A stretch of DNA of 63,937 nt, filler included, from Octopus bimaculoides (GCF_001194135.2; 4 parts of 4 records of this genome joined end to end with filler, not necessarily neighbours in it); one strand, 5' to 3'; positions 41,595 to 54,186 are shown, numbered from the whole stretch's first letter. Numbers and translations: made by a program. The notes: generated by a model from the sequence alone, not told the origin.

Positions 41595-43090
41595 ATGTAC
41601 TGATACCACAAACATTGATTCTGGGGAAAGCAAATGCTAGATATGTATTCAAAAGCCGCCAACAAAACGTCAATCATTTGTTATTCATGGATGACCTCAA
41701 ACTTTATGGTAAATATGAAGCCCAAGTCAATTCCTTCGTTGGTACGGTGCATACCTTCAGTGTTGATATCAGAATGAAGTTCGGACTGAGAAAATGTAGT
41801 TTATTAGTCTTGAAGAGAGGCAAAACCAAATGTATGGAAGGGCTAACGATACCGTCGGGGGACGTTATGACACAGATAGAAAAAAGCGGGCTATAAGTAC
41901 TTGGGGATTTTGGAAATGGATAACTTGATGGAGAAAGTAATGACAGAAAGATTTAAGGTGGAATATTTGCGCAGACTGAGACTGATACTTAAGTAGAAAT
42001 TGAACGGATGGAATAAGATAGAAGCTATCAAATCCAGGGTGGTTTCACTCCTTAGATATGGAGCAGGGGTGGTCGCATGGAGAGTAGACGAAGTAAACAA
42101 CTTAGACAGAATGACAAGGAAATTGCGAACTAGATATGGGACACTCTACCCCAAACGTGACACAGACAGACTGTATGTACCAAGAAAAAGAGGGGCAAGA
42201 GGACTTATTCGATGTGAACACAGCATTAGGGCATCGTATGTAAAAATTCCGCAGAACGGCTATTATAAGAAGAAGATCAGGTGTGTGTAAGATGAAAGAT
42301 TACAAAGACAAAGCACTGTACAGGAAATTGAAAACGAATGAAACTGAAAATAGGTGGGTCAATTTTATATGAATGTTGCAGATAAGACAGGCAGAGAAAC
42401 AAGATGGCTGTGGATGACTAAAAGTGAACTAAAACTGGGAACAGATGCTCTAATCTGCGCTGCCCATGAGCAAGCACTAAGAACAAACTACATAAAATAA
42501 AGAATAAACAACACATCACAATGTGATAAGTGCAGACTCTGCGGAAAAAATGGTGAAACTCTGTGGTATATTACCAGCCAATGTACGCCACTAACGCAGA
42601 AGGAATATAAGACACGCCACAACCGGGCTTGTCCATTGCACAGTTTGCAGCAAGTATGGAGTGGACAAAGCAAAGAATTGGTATGACCACAAACTCGAAG
42701 GCATCATCGAAAATAAAATGCAAGTATCCTTTGGGATTTTGTGAGTCAGTGCGACCATGAGATAGAGAATAGAAAGAGAGACATAGTCTTAATTGAGAAA
42801 ACAAACTATGCTGGATCATGGATATAGCATGCCCAGCGGACAATAAGTTGTGCGATAAGGAAGAAAGAAAAGTCGAGAGATATGACAGTTTAGCTTGGGA
42901 AGTTAAGCGGTTGTCGTCGATGAAAAAGGTAGCAGTAGTACCAATATTTGGCAGAGCCCTGGGAACAGTGTATATAAAAATTTCGAGAAATACGTGGAAC
43001 AAATAGGAGCTGCAACAAGGGCGGAGCACTTGCAGAAAACAGCACTGCTTGGAACCGCTCGAATACTCCTAACGGTGCTCGAGAAATAAG
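41595..43090 (+). mobile_element. 5'-truncated RLE-type non-LTR retrotransposon (R4/Dong-like), frameshifted
   Basis: NHLLFMDDLKLY (RT), FGLRKC, KYLG, DRLYVPRKRGARGL, CRLCG zinc knuckle, DIACPAD..K..RY RLE motif, ends ALLGTARIL. Confidence 0.9.
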
Positions 43091-43139
43091 TTCACTGGTA
43101 GTGAACAGCGGACAGCGTAGTACATCTCCAGCGCTTGAA

Positions 43140-43632
43140 GCTGAGCACAGACAAAAATCATGCCTCCTCATTGATATGACCGTCCCAATCGATATAAACG
43201 TATCTGTCAAGACCTACCAAAAACTGAGCAAATATAAAGATCTTGAAATAGAAATTAGCAAAATGTGGAATCTGAAGACTAAAACAATACCTATTGTCAT
43301 AGGTGCCCTGGGAATGACAGCGAAACGGGCTGATTACTACCTAGCTCAGATACCAGGAAACCCCAAAATGGCTGAAGTTCAAAGGATAGTGCTCATGAGA
43401 ACTGCCTATATCCTACGTAAAATACTGTCTATGTGATCTCAAATTTTAAAACAAACACATAGTTTTCTTATGGTTTCTTAAACATTCTCTAGAACAACAC
43501 TATGTACAAATCCGAATATATTGTACATTAGGCATAACACCTACATGAACTTCTAACTTGTTGTCTCTTGAGGTCTCTGGGTAAGACTTGGATCCAACGT
43601 GTACAAATGCAAAGCGAAAGTCAAACATAAAA
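43140..43632 (+). mobile_element. Second RLE-type LINE 3' end (different subfamily) with 3' UTR
   Basis: LLIDMTVPIDINVSVKTYQKLSKYKDLEIEI...IPIVIGALG...TAYILRKILSM*, then about 190 nt UTR running into (GAA)n. Confidence 0.85.
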
Positions 43633-43663
<31 letters not shown>

Positions 43664-44211
43664 AAGAAGAAGAAGAAGAAGAAGAGAGGAAGAAGAAGAA
43701 GAAGAACAACAACAACAACAACAATAACAACAATATCGAAGAAGAAGAAGAAGAAGAAGAAGAAGAAGAAGAAGAAGACAAAAGAATATGTTAAAAACTT
43801 GGAGTATGGATTAGGTTGTTCTAAATATACCTGTATTAGAGAATGGCAATCAGTGTTGATCTCGAGGTAAACACAGTACTTGATACATAGACCTGATTTA
43901 CACGCACATTTTGATACACTCGCATTTATTAATACATACACAAAGAGATAGACATTCGCATATAAAATCAGGTGTGCTTCAAATATTCCCACCCAGCTAT
44001 GACACTGATATCTACCAACTCTCGGAAATTGTCTCATATCCACATCGAAAGTCATTCACAAAAAATAAGACGCACATTTGGAGAGAGAACGCTAGTATGG
44101 TTAAAGAGGGTTGATGGAGCTTAAAATGAAAGACATTAAATATATATGTAGAAGTGTATCGTCGAGGAAATACTATGAACAAAACTGATTCAGATCATTC
44201 AAACGATTTAC

Positions 44212-44227
44212 AGACTCGTTAAACTGG
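44212..44227 (-). pseudogene. Remnant of an LRR exon (P2), identical to P1
   Basis: Same CCAGTTTAACGAGTCT|gtaaat; a SINE is inserted immediately 5' of it on the sense strand. Confidence 0.65.
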
Positions 44228-44231
44228 TAAC

Positions 44232-44621
44232 GGTGGAGGCGCAATGGCCCAGTGATTAGGGCAGCAGACTCGCGGTCATAGGATCGTGGTTTCGATTCCC
44301 AGACCGAGCGTTGTGAGTGTTTATTGAGTGAAAACACCTAAAGCTCCACGAGGCTCCGGCAGGGGATGGTGGCGAACCCTGCTGTAATCTTTCACCACAA
44401 CTTTCTCTCACTCTTACTTCCTGTTTCTGTTGTGCCTGTAATTCAAAGGGTCAGCCTTGTAACACTGTTACGCTGAATATCCCCGAGAACTACATTAAGG
44501 GTACACGTGTCTGTGGAGTGCTCAGCAACTTGCACGTTAATTTCACGAGCAGGCTGTTCCGTTGATCGGATTAACTGGAACCCTCGACGTCGTAAGCGAC
44601 GGAGTGCCAACAACAATAACA
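44232..44621 (+). mobile_element. tRNA-derived SINE family 1 with about 11-bp TSD
   Basis: Same family; TSD aaactggtaac (44221-44231) / aaactggtgac (44622-44632). Confidence 0.92.
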
Positions 44622-45172
44622 AAACTGGTGACGAATAATGATGATGGAGACGACGATGAATTTGATTTGTTTTTGATAATGGTTACAGGTAACCATGACG
44701 ACGCTAATCATAACTACGACGAAGACGTCGATAATGATGATGGCGGCGAGGAGGAAGGAAGAAAGAAGAAGAAAAATAAGAAATTCAACAACAACAACAA
44801 CACAACAATACAACATGAACACAGCAGTAACCAGAACAGGGAAAGAATACGTTTCAAAATTAGTGTACAAATAATCGAATTCTGAACACACAACTACAAT
44901 TGATATTCAAATGTGTTATTTGGCGTTGATCTAAGGATAAACACCATACATATTATAAACAAAGAATTACACACACATGTTAATAGACTCGCATGCGCTG
45001 ATCGACATGCAGAGACATATACATGCATGTAATCACTCACACCAGATTCAGAAACAATAAAACATATTTAGAATGACAGGTGTGGGAGCTTAAATAGAAG
45101 CATGGGAGGATGTTATAGATTTAGAAATATATTAGCAGAGAAATACTAGAAAAGAAGACTGATTCAACTTAC

Positions 45173-45244
45173 AGAGTTGTTAAGCTGGACAAATGTTGGA
45201 AGGTTCCTACTTTGATTTCGGTTATATTGTTTTCCCAGAAATTC
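45173..45244 (-). CDS. LRR exon A2: NFWENNITEIKVGTFQHLSSLTTL
   Basis: 72 nt, ctcaattttttttttccag-type acceptor, CT|gtaagt donor, open. Confidence 0.92.
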
Positions 45245-45705
45245 CTGGAAAAAAAAATTGAGCTTAGAAAACATTTTCTGGAACAGATTTGTGACAGAGT
45301 ATTACATATTATGGCAAAATAGTTAGGTGATAGAAAAGTTGGTTAGTAAATTACGATGACGACGAACTTGATGATGATGATGCTGAGAATGAACACATCC
45401 ACTATAGTGATGACGCCAAAGAAAAAGATGAAGAATACCACGATCAAGATGTTAAAAATGAAGCAGAGGAATAAGTATAATGATGATGAGGATGATGATG
45501 ATGTTGGTGACGATCATGATGATGATGATGAAAGAGAAGTAAAAGAAAAAGTAGATAATTAATAAGAATAAAGAAGAAGAAGAAGAAGAAGAAGAAGGAG
45601 GAGGAGGAGGAGGAGGAGGAGGAGGAGGAGAAGTTGAAGGAGGAGGAGAAGAAGAAGAAGAAGAAGAAGAAGAAGAAGAAAAAGAAGAAGAATAAGAAGA
45701 AAAAG

Positions 45706-45737
<32 letters not shown>

Positions 45738-46009
45738 GAAGAAGATGAAGAAGAAGAAGAAGAAGAAGAAAAAGAAGAAGAAGAAGAAGAAGATGAAGAA
45801 AAAGAAGAAAAAGAAGAAGAAAAAGAAGAGGAAGGAGAAGAAAAAGAAGAGGAAGGAGAAGAAAAAGAAGGGGAAGGAGAAGAAAAAGAAGAAGAAGAAA
45901 AAGAAGAAGAAGAAGAAAAAGGAGTAATTAAGAAGTGGAAGAAGAGATGATATTGATGACGATGAAGATGATGATGATGAGGATGGAGATGATGAAGTTG
46001 ATGATGATT

Positions 46010-46040
<31 letters not shown>

Positions 46041-46430
46041 CGAAGTAGATAATAATAACGAAAATGCAGAAAAATGATGTTGATGCTGTTGTTGCTGAAA
46101 TATATGAACGAAAGTTTGCTGAAGAACAAGAATAACAGAATAAATGGAAGAATGAATATAAGAGACATCCGTTATGTAGGTTGATGAGGGCGGAGAAAGA
46201 GAGGGAGGAATGTGAAAAGCGACAAAGGAATAGTAGTAGTAGNNNNNNNNNNNNNNNNNNNNNNNNNNNNNNNNNNNNNNNNNNNNNNNNNNNNNNNNNN
46301 NNNNNNNNNNNNNNNNNNNNNNNNNNNNNNNNNNNNNNNNNNNNNNNNNNNNNNNNNNNNNNNNNNNNNNNNNNNNNNNNNNNNNNNNNNNNNNNNNNNN
46401 NNNNNNNNNNNNNNNNNNNNNNNNNNNNNN

Positions 46431-46550
46431 GGAGGAGGAAGAGGAGGGAGTAGTACGGGAGGAGGAAGAGGAGGGAGTAGTACGGGAGGAGGAAGAGGAG
46501 GGAGTAGTACGGGAGGAGGAAGAGGAGGGAGTAGTACGGGAGGAGGAAAG
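46431..46550. repeat. 27-bp minisatellite ggaggaggaagaggagggagtagtacg, 4 or more copies
   Basis: Four exact units after the gap at 46243-46430. Confidence 0.9.
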
Positions 46551-46724
46551 GGGGAGTAACAGTAGTAGTAGTAGGAGGAGGAGGAGTAATAGTAATAGCA
46601 ACAGCAGCAGCAACAGTAGTAGTAGTAGTAGTAGTTGCAGCAGCAGCAAAATAAGAGGATGCAGAGTGGATGAGAACAAGCAGAGTCGTGAGTAACACAA
46701 AACATATTGAGATTCACACGCACA

Positions 46725-46770
<46 letters not shown>

Positions 46771-46935
46771 TAAACACATACTTAGAGGCATTCGCAAAGA
46801 ATCCCATATTTCTATCGAAAGAGAGTGACACTGCAAGCAGTGATAAGGATGTGGTGCGAAAAAGAATGGGAAGATGTTAAATACTTATTAATATATTGTC
46901 AATGAAATATTATTAACAAGACTTCTCCAACTTAC

Positions 46936-47007
46936 AGATTTCTTAAACTGGTCAGGTCATGAAAGGCTCTTTCTTCAATGTTTCCGATATTATTATGTTG
47001 CAACTCT
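46936..47007 (-). CDS. LRR exon D1: ELQHNNIGNIEERAFHDLTSLRNL
   Basis: 72 nt, ttcttgcatcaacgaacag acceptor, CT|gtaagt donor, open. Confidence 0.9.
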
Positions 47008-47339
47008 CTGTTCGTTGATGCAAGAAAATATAGGAGAGTTGTGTTACATATAAAACATTATGGCTAAAATAACAAATTTATAGAAGAAAAAGAATCGGGA
47101 TAATGAAGATGGCAATAAGGAGGAGGAGGTGAAGGGGGTGATGGTGATTAATATGGCGAAGAGACGAAGGACAGGAGGTTGGTCGTAGTGTTGATGAAGA
47201 TCTTGTCGCTGTTGCTGATAATGATGATGTTTGTGATAATAATGTTTATGATGACTGTGATGTTTTATATTAATCGATTTTGCACGTTTAATTCCTTCAT
47301 TTATGTGTTGAATTGGGTGGTACCTGCGCTGGACTTTAT

Positions 47340-47950
47340 TCTTAAGCTCTTGCAATCTTAGTTCTCTGGTATTTTTTGGATATTATCGTGCAAATACTTC
47401 TTGCAAGGTTGAAGGGGATATTTGTTTTGATATATCTCGGGTGACATGTACTAAATAATAGATATTGTTTAGCGTCTGTGGTCTTGTAAAAAAATACCTG
47501 TATCTAGTCTTTTTGTTTATTTTTTAATCAGTATGTCTAGCAATGGAAGTTCCTCGTACTTGTGTTCCATTGTGAATTGTATCTTGGTGTTAATGTTATT
47601 GAGAAGTCTTTTGAGCTCCAAGAAATTATCCATGTCATAATTCCAGAGGATGAAGCAGTATTCCAAAAATCTTTTCCAATTTTCTTTTATATATACGGAG
47701 AGAGGGTTTCCAAATTTTGAAAAAGACTCCTGATATATTGCTCTTTCTAAATAGCCCATTGTTAGATTGGCAATGATTGGGGCTGCGCTGGTTCCCATTG
47801 CAATTCCAGATTTTTGGCTATAAACAATGGTGTCAAAGATGAAATAATTGTTTTGGAGAATGAATTTAATTGATTCTGTTATGAAGATTTTATTGGCCCG
47901 TTCTGGTATTTCTTCTAAATATTTGTCCTTTCAGAAACGGATTGCTTCCC
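47340..47950 (-). mobile_element. Penelope-like element reverse-transcriptase fragment
   Basis: GIAMGTSAAPIIANLTMGYLE...WKRFLE..F...NNINTKIQFTME...LPLLDILI, the PLE RT motif order. Confidence 0.8.
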
Positions 47951-48269
47951 CACTAAAATATTATATAAACACGTTTGCACTAACTTTTCCCCTTAATTGT
48001 CACACATTCATATATACCAAATCCGAGGAATAGGCCCTCACCCACATTCACAGACATTAACACATACTTTGGACAGAGGCAGATTTTACACATACAGAGA
48101 AACATGCGCGCACTAAATGGTTTCCCTGAACTATTACGCTCTCATATATCCTATATCTAAGAAATGAACAGACACTTACATTCAGATTGATAAAAAATAA
48201 TAAAACACATTTTATGAAACACAGGTGAGGGATATTCAAGTGGAGGATGGAAAGATGTTACAAACTTAC

Positions 48270-48341
48270 AGATCTGTTAAACTGGATAAATTTCCGAAGG
48301 TGTCCGCCTTGATTTCCTTGATATCATTAGAACTTAAACCT
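48270..48341 (-). CDS. LRR exon C': GLSSNDIKEIKADTFGNLSSLTDL
   Basis: 72 nt, ctcaatttcatattctag acceptor, CT|gtaagt donor, open; local duplicate of C. Confidence 0.92.
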
Positions 48342-48979
48342 CTAGAATATGAAATTGAGTGAAGAAGGAATAATATAGAACATATTTGTGACAGAATTTT
48401 GGTTAAACAGATAGATGAAGAATGGGATGGAAAGTAGATCAGGGTATCAATAATTACATGAAGATGATGAGGAGGAGGATGGTGAGAGAAGATTTGGTAG
48501 TGGACGCTGTGGTGGTAGCAATGATGAATATGATGATGAGGCAAAGGAGAAAAGTGTATGGAGAAAGTGTTGATGACGAAGATGTTATGATGGCGGTGAT
48601 GTTGTTAAAGTTGATTATTCTCATAATGATGAGGATTAGCATTTCTTTGATGATGCTAAATATGATACTGATCCTGCTGATGTTACTGTTGGCGGCGAGG
48701 ATGATAGTGTTGAAGATATTGCTTCTGATGCCGGTATTTCATAGTTTTAAGAATGATGTCGTTGATGAAGTGGACAATGATGAACTTGACGATGTATATG
48801 ATTGCGAAACATAACAAAGAAAATGAGAATGATGACGGCGGTGAAGACATGGACGAGAAGGTCATTGATTATGGCGACAGATGCAGAAGAAAAGTAGATG
48901 AAACAGAAGAAAGGTGGAAGAAGAAGAAAAGGAAGTAGATGAGGAAATAGATGAAGAAGAAGAAGAAGAAGAAGAAGAA

Positions 48980-49012
<33 letters not shown>

Positions 49013-50251
49013 AAGAAGAAGAAGAAGAAGAAGAAGAAGAGGAAGATGATGATAATAATAATAATAATAATATGACGAAGAAGAAGAAGAAGAAGAAGAA
49101 GAAGAAGAAGAAGATGAAGAAGAAGAAGAAGAAGAAGAAGAAGAAGAAGAAGAAGAAAGCAGGAGGAACATAAGAAAAAAGAGCAAACGAAGGAGAAGAA
49201 AAGTATTAAGAAGAAAAAAACGAAATAGTAGTAACTCATGAAAAAGACGAAAAGGGGAAGAAATAAAAGAAGAAAAATAAGAAACAAAAGAAAAATAGGT
49301 GAAAGAAGATGGGTAGATGGAGATGCTGAGGATAAAAAGAAGAGGAATGCGGAGAACAAGAACAACAACCGCAACAAAATGCGTAATAACTAGAGGATGT
49401 AGAAGCAGAAATGTCCGTAAACATATATATATATANNNNNNNNNNNNNNNNNNNNNNNNNNNNNNNNNNNNNNNNNNNNNNNNNNNNNNNNNNNNNNNNN
49501 NNNNNNNNNNNNNNNNNNNNNNNNNNNNNNNNNNNNNNNNNNNNNNNNNNNNNNNNNNNNNNNNNNNNNNNNNNNNNNNNNNNNNNNNNNNNNNNNNNNN
49601 NNNNNNNNNNNNNNNNNNNNNNNNNNNNNNNNNNNNNNNNNNNNNNNNNNNNNNNNNNNNNNNNNNNNNNNNNNNNNNNNNNNNNNNNNNNNNNNNNNNN
49701 NNNNNNNNNNNNNNNNNNNNNNNNNNNNNNNNNNNNNNNNNNNNNNNNNNNNNNNNNNNNNNNNNNNNNNNNNNNNNNNNNNNNNNNNNNNNNNNNNNNN
49801 NNNNNNTATATATATATAGTTGAAATTTACAGGAAAGTAAAAGACGAAGAAAGGTGTATAAGCAACAAGCATGTGTACTAGTCTAACGCTCGTGAACATG
49901 AGAAATCTTTTACAACACATTTGCTCTAATTTCTCACCTTAATTGTCATGCACTGATATATTCCAAACACGAGAAATGGCACGCCCACTCACATTTACAT
50001 ACATTACCACACATTCACACTTTGGACCAAGACAGATTTTACACATACACCGAGACATACACATGCATGCACTAAATGGCTTCCCTGATCTATCGCACTC
50101 TCATATATCCCATAACTAAAACATGAGCTCACGCTTACTCACAGAAATTCACAAACAATGAAACACAGCTTAAAATGAACGACAGGAATATATTGTAGAT
50201 TTGGAAATATATGGTCAATGAAATACTATAAAAATAACCGATATAACTTAC

Positions 50252-50323
50252 AGTTCTGTTAAACTGGACAGATTTCGGAAGGTGTTTGATTTGATTTCCT
50301 TGATATCATTAGAACTTAAATAT
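50252..50323 (-). CDS. LRR exon C1: YLSSNDIKEIKSNTFRNLSSLTEL
   Basis: 72 nt, ctcaattttatgttccag acceptor, CT|gtaagt donor, open. Confidence 0.92.
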
Positions 50324-51576
50324 CTGGAACATAAAATTGAGTTAAGAAGTAAATATGTAGAACATATTTGTGACAGAATTTTGGCTAAATAATTAGATGA
50401 AGGAAGGGATGGATAAGTGATCACGATGATGAGTAATTCCATGAATGTGATGTTGATGATAATGATGATGATGGTAATGATAATGATGAAAATGATGATG
50501 TTAATGATGATGGTGAAAAGAGGAGAATAACGGGGCAAGTAGAATTTGTAGTGAACGTTGTGGTGGCGGTGATATTGATGAATATGATGCGGAACCGGAG
50601 AAACGTATAATGTAATGATGCTGTTCACGGAGATGCTACGATGCAGATGATGATGGCTGTAATGACAGGGACGAAGACGTTAATAATGATGATGGTACCA
50701 GTGGAAATGATCTCAATAGTAGAGATATTAGGCGAATTGATGAACTGGCGAAAGGTTCAGAAAGAATATATGAGGGCATCATGAAAAAAGCGTAGGTGAG
50801 AGGCACAGGAAAAAAAAAAGAAAGTAAAAAAGAAGATTATGATGATGTTGATGATGAGACGGGGTAGTAAAAACAGAAATGCGGAAGAGATGTGAAGGAA
50901 TAATGATGGAGAAGGTGAGGAAGAAGTGGGGAGGAGAAAGAAAATAAAGTGGAGAAGAAAATATGAAGGGCAAAATGAAAAAAACCAAGGAGATGAAGAG
51001 GAAATAGAAGAAAAGGGAAGGAAAATAAAAAGACGCAGGGGAAACAAAATAAGAAGGAAAAGGAGACGGTGGAGAAGAAGAAGAAGAAGAAGAAGAAGAA
51101 GAAGAAGAAGAAGAAGAAGAAGAAGGAAAGGGAGGAGAAGGAGGAGGAGGAGAAGAAGAAGAAGAAGAAGAAGAAGAAGAAGAAGAAGAAGACGAAGAAG
51201 AAGAAGAAGAAGAAGAAGAAGAAGAAGATGAAGAAANNNNNNNNNNNNNNNACGGTGGAGAAGAAGAAGAAGAAGAAGAAGAAGAAGAAGAAGAAGAAGA
51301 AGAAGAAGAAGGAAAGGGAGGAGAAGGAGGAGGAGGAGAAGAAGAAGAAGAAGAAGAAGAAGAAGAAGAAGAAGAAGAAGACGAAGAAGAAGAAGAAGAA
51401 GAAGAAGAAGAAGAAGATGAAGAAAAAGGAGGAGGGGGGGAGGAGGAGAAGAAGAAGAAGAAGGAGGCGGAGGAAAAGAAGAAGACGAAGAAGAAGAAGA
51501 AGAAGAAGAAGAAGAAGAAGAAGAAGAAGAAGAAAAAGAAGCGGAAGAAAAAAGGAGGAGGGGAGGAGGAGGAGGA

Positions 51577-51607
<31 letters not shown>

Positions 51608-51612
51608 AAGAA

Positions 51613-51644
<32 letters not shown>

Positions 51645-52038
51645 AACAGTACCAGCAGCATTAAAGAATATGTCGAAAAACTTGTTCTAAAAATACAACT
51701 ACTAAGGATATTCGAAGATGTTATTTAGTGTTGATCTGGAGGTAAACAACGTGCATGATATACACACTGACTTACACACATGTTAATGCACACCCATTCA
51801 CTGTTCCATGCACAAAGATATACACATGCGTGCACTGAATATATCCCCTGAAGTATTACGCTCTCATATATCCCAAATCTAAGTAGTGGGCCCACACTCA
51901 TATTCACAGACATTCACAGACAATAAAAGATCTTAGAAAGACGGGTGTGGGGACTTAAACAGAAGGATGGGAAGATGTTGTAGATTCAGTAATATATCGG
52001 CAATGAAATTACCATAAGATAAATTTGATTCAACTTAC

Positions 52039-52110
52039 AGAGTTCTTAAACTGGACAGATTTTGGAAGCTTCCTACGTTGATTTCTTTGATCTTGTTACC
52101 CCACAAATTC
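52039..52110 (-). CDS. LRR exon B1: NLWGNKIKEINVGSFQNLSSLRTL
   Basis: 72 nt, ctcaattttattttccag acceptor, CT|gtaagt donor, open. Confidence 0.92.
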
Positions 52111-53481
52111 CTGGAAAATAAAATTGAGGAAAGAAGAAATTTTATGTAACAGATTTAATATAATGGATAAACATTTAGATGATGACAGTGATGACAAGGA
52201 CGAAAACGTCGATAATAATGCTGGCGGCATCGTTGGTAATTTAAATACTAGATGTATAAGGTGAATAATGCAACTAGTAAATTACACAAAGAATATATTA
52301 CAAAATCATGAAAAATGGAAACTGAAAAGAAAGAAAGTAAACAAGAAGAGAAAGGAGAAGAAAGAGAAGAAGAGGGGTAAGGAGAAGAAGAAGAAGAGAC
52401 AAAGAGGGAGAAGAAGGAGTAGTAGCAGTAGTAGTAGTAGTAGTAGTAGAAGAAGAAGAAGAAGAAGAAGAAGAAGAAGAAGAAGAAGAGNNNNNNNNNN
52501 NNNNNNNNNNNNNNNNNNNNNNNNNNNNNNNNNNNNNNNNNNNNNNNNNNNNNNNNNNNNNNNNNNNNNNNNNNNNNNNNNNNNNNNNNNNNNNNNNNNN
52601 NNNNNNNNNNNNNNNNNNNNNNNNNNNNNNNNNNNNNNNNNNNNNNNNNNNNNNNNNNNNNNNNNNNNNNNNNNNNNNNNNNNNNNNNNNNNNNNNNNNN
52701 NNNNNNNNNNNNNNNNNNNNNNNNNNAGAAGAAGAAGAAGAGACAAAGAGGGAGAAGAAGGAGTAGTAGCAGTAGTAGTAGTAGTAGTAGTAGAAGAAGA
52801 AGAAGAAGAAGAAGAAGAAGAGACAAAGAGGGAGAAGAAGAAGAAGAAGAAGAAGAAGAAGAGACAAAGAGGGAGAAGAAGAAGAAGAAGAGACAACGAG
52901 GGAGAAGAAGGAGTAGTAGCAGTAGTAGAAGGAGAAGAAGAAGAAGAAGAAGAAGAAGAAGAAGAAGAAGAAGAGACAAAGAGGGAGNNNNNNNNNNCAG
53001 TAGTAGAAGAAGAAGAAGAAGAAGAAGAAGAAGAAGAAGAAGAAGAAGAAGAAGAAGAACCAAAATTTGAGTGTGGATGAGGTTGTTGTAAATATAATTC
53101 TATGAGAGAATTCTGGTATGGCAATCAGTGATGATCTTGAAGTAAATAGCGTTCATCATATACAGATTGAATTACACGCTCGTTTTGATCCACTCGCATT
53201 CACACATCCATAGATAGAGATGCACTTTTACATATAAACACAGGTATATGTCCATTCAGCCATGACACTGATATATACCAACTCTCGGAAATGGTCCCAC
53301 ATTCACATTCAAATCATCCACAAACAATAAGACACACCTTTGAAGAGAAGATGATAGTACAGGTAAAGAGTGTTGATGGAGGTTAAAATGAAAGTTGAGA
53401 AGATATCACATATATATGCAGAAGCATATCTTCTATGAAATACTATGAACGAGATTGATTCAGATCATTCTAACGATTTAC

Positions 53482-53497
53482 AGACTCGTTAAACTGG
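53482..53497 (-). pseudogene. Remnant of an LRR exon (P1), 3' 16 nt only; possible 12-nt microexon 53482-53493
   Basis: CCAGTTTAACGAGTCT|gtaaat matches the 3' ends of intact exons and sits in a full intron module; the 5' 56 nt are absent. Confidence 0.65.
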
Positions 53498-54114
53498 TGA
53501 TGAATAATGATGATGGAGGCGATGATGGAGTTGATGTTTTGATAATAGATATAGATAACCATGACGACGATGAAGACATCGATGATGATGATGGTGGAGA
53601 GGAGGAAGAGTCGAAGAAGTTAAAGAAAAAAGAAAGCAGTTAACGAAAAAAAGAGTAGTAACAACAACAACAACAACAACAACACAACAATAACAAGAAC
53701 AAGAACATGTAAAGAATATGTTTCGAAATTAGTGTATGAATAATCGAGTTCTGAATACAGAACTACAATGGACATTCAAATATATTACTTATCGCTGATC
53801 TAGATGTAAGCACCATCATTTTATAAACAAAGAATTACTCACACATGTTAATACATGCACATGCACTGATCCATGCAAAGAGACATACACATGCTTGCAC
53901 TAAATGGTTCCTCCCATATATTACGCTCTCTTATATCCCAAATCTCAGAAATGGGCACCCCACACACACACATCAGATTTAGAAGCAATAAAACTCATCG
54001 TTGGAAAGACAGATGTAGGAGCCAAAACTGAAGGATGGGAGGATATTACAGATTTAGAAATATAGATTTATTACACATTTAGAAAAACTATAAAAGAAGA
54101 CTGATTCAACTTAC

Positions 54115-54186
54115 AGGGCTGTTAAGTTGGACAAATGCTGAAAGGTTCCTACGTCGATTTCCGTGATATTATTTTTCCAGAAATTC
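54115..54186 (-). CDS. LRR exon A1: NFWKNNITEIDVGTFQHLSNLTAL
   Basis: 72 nt, tttttcttccag acceptor, CT|gtaagt donor, phase 2-2, open. Confidence 0.9.
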
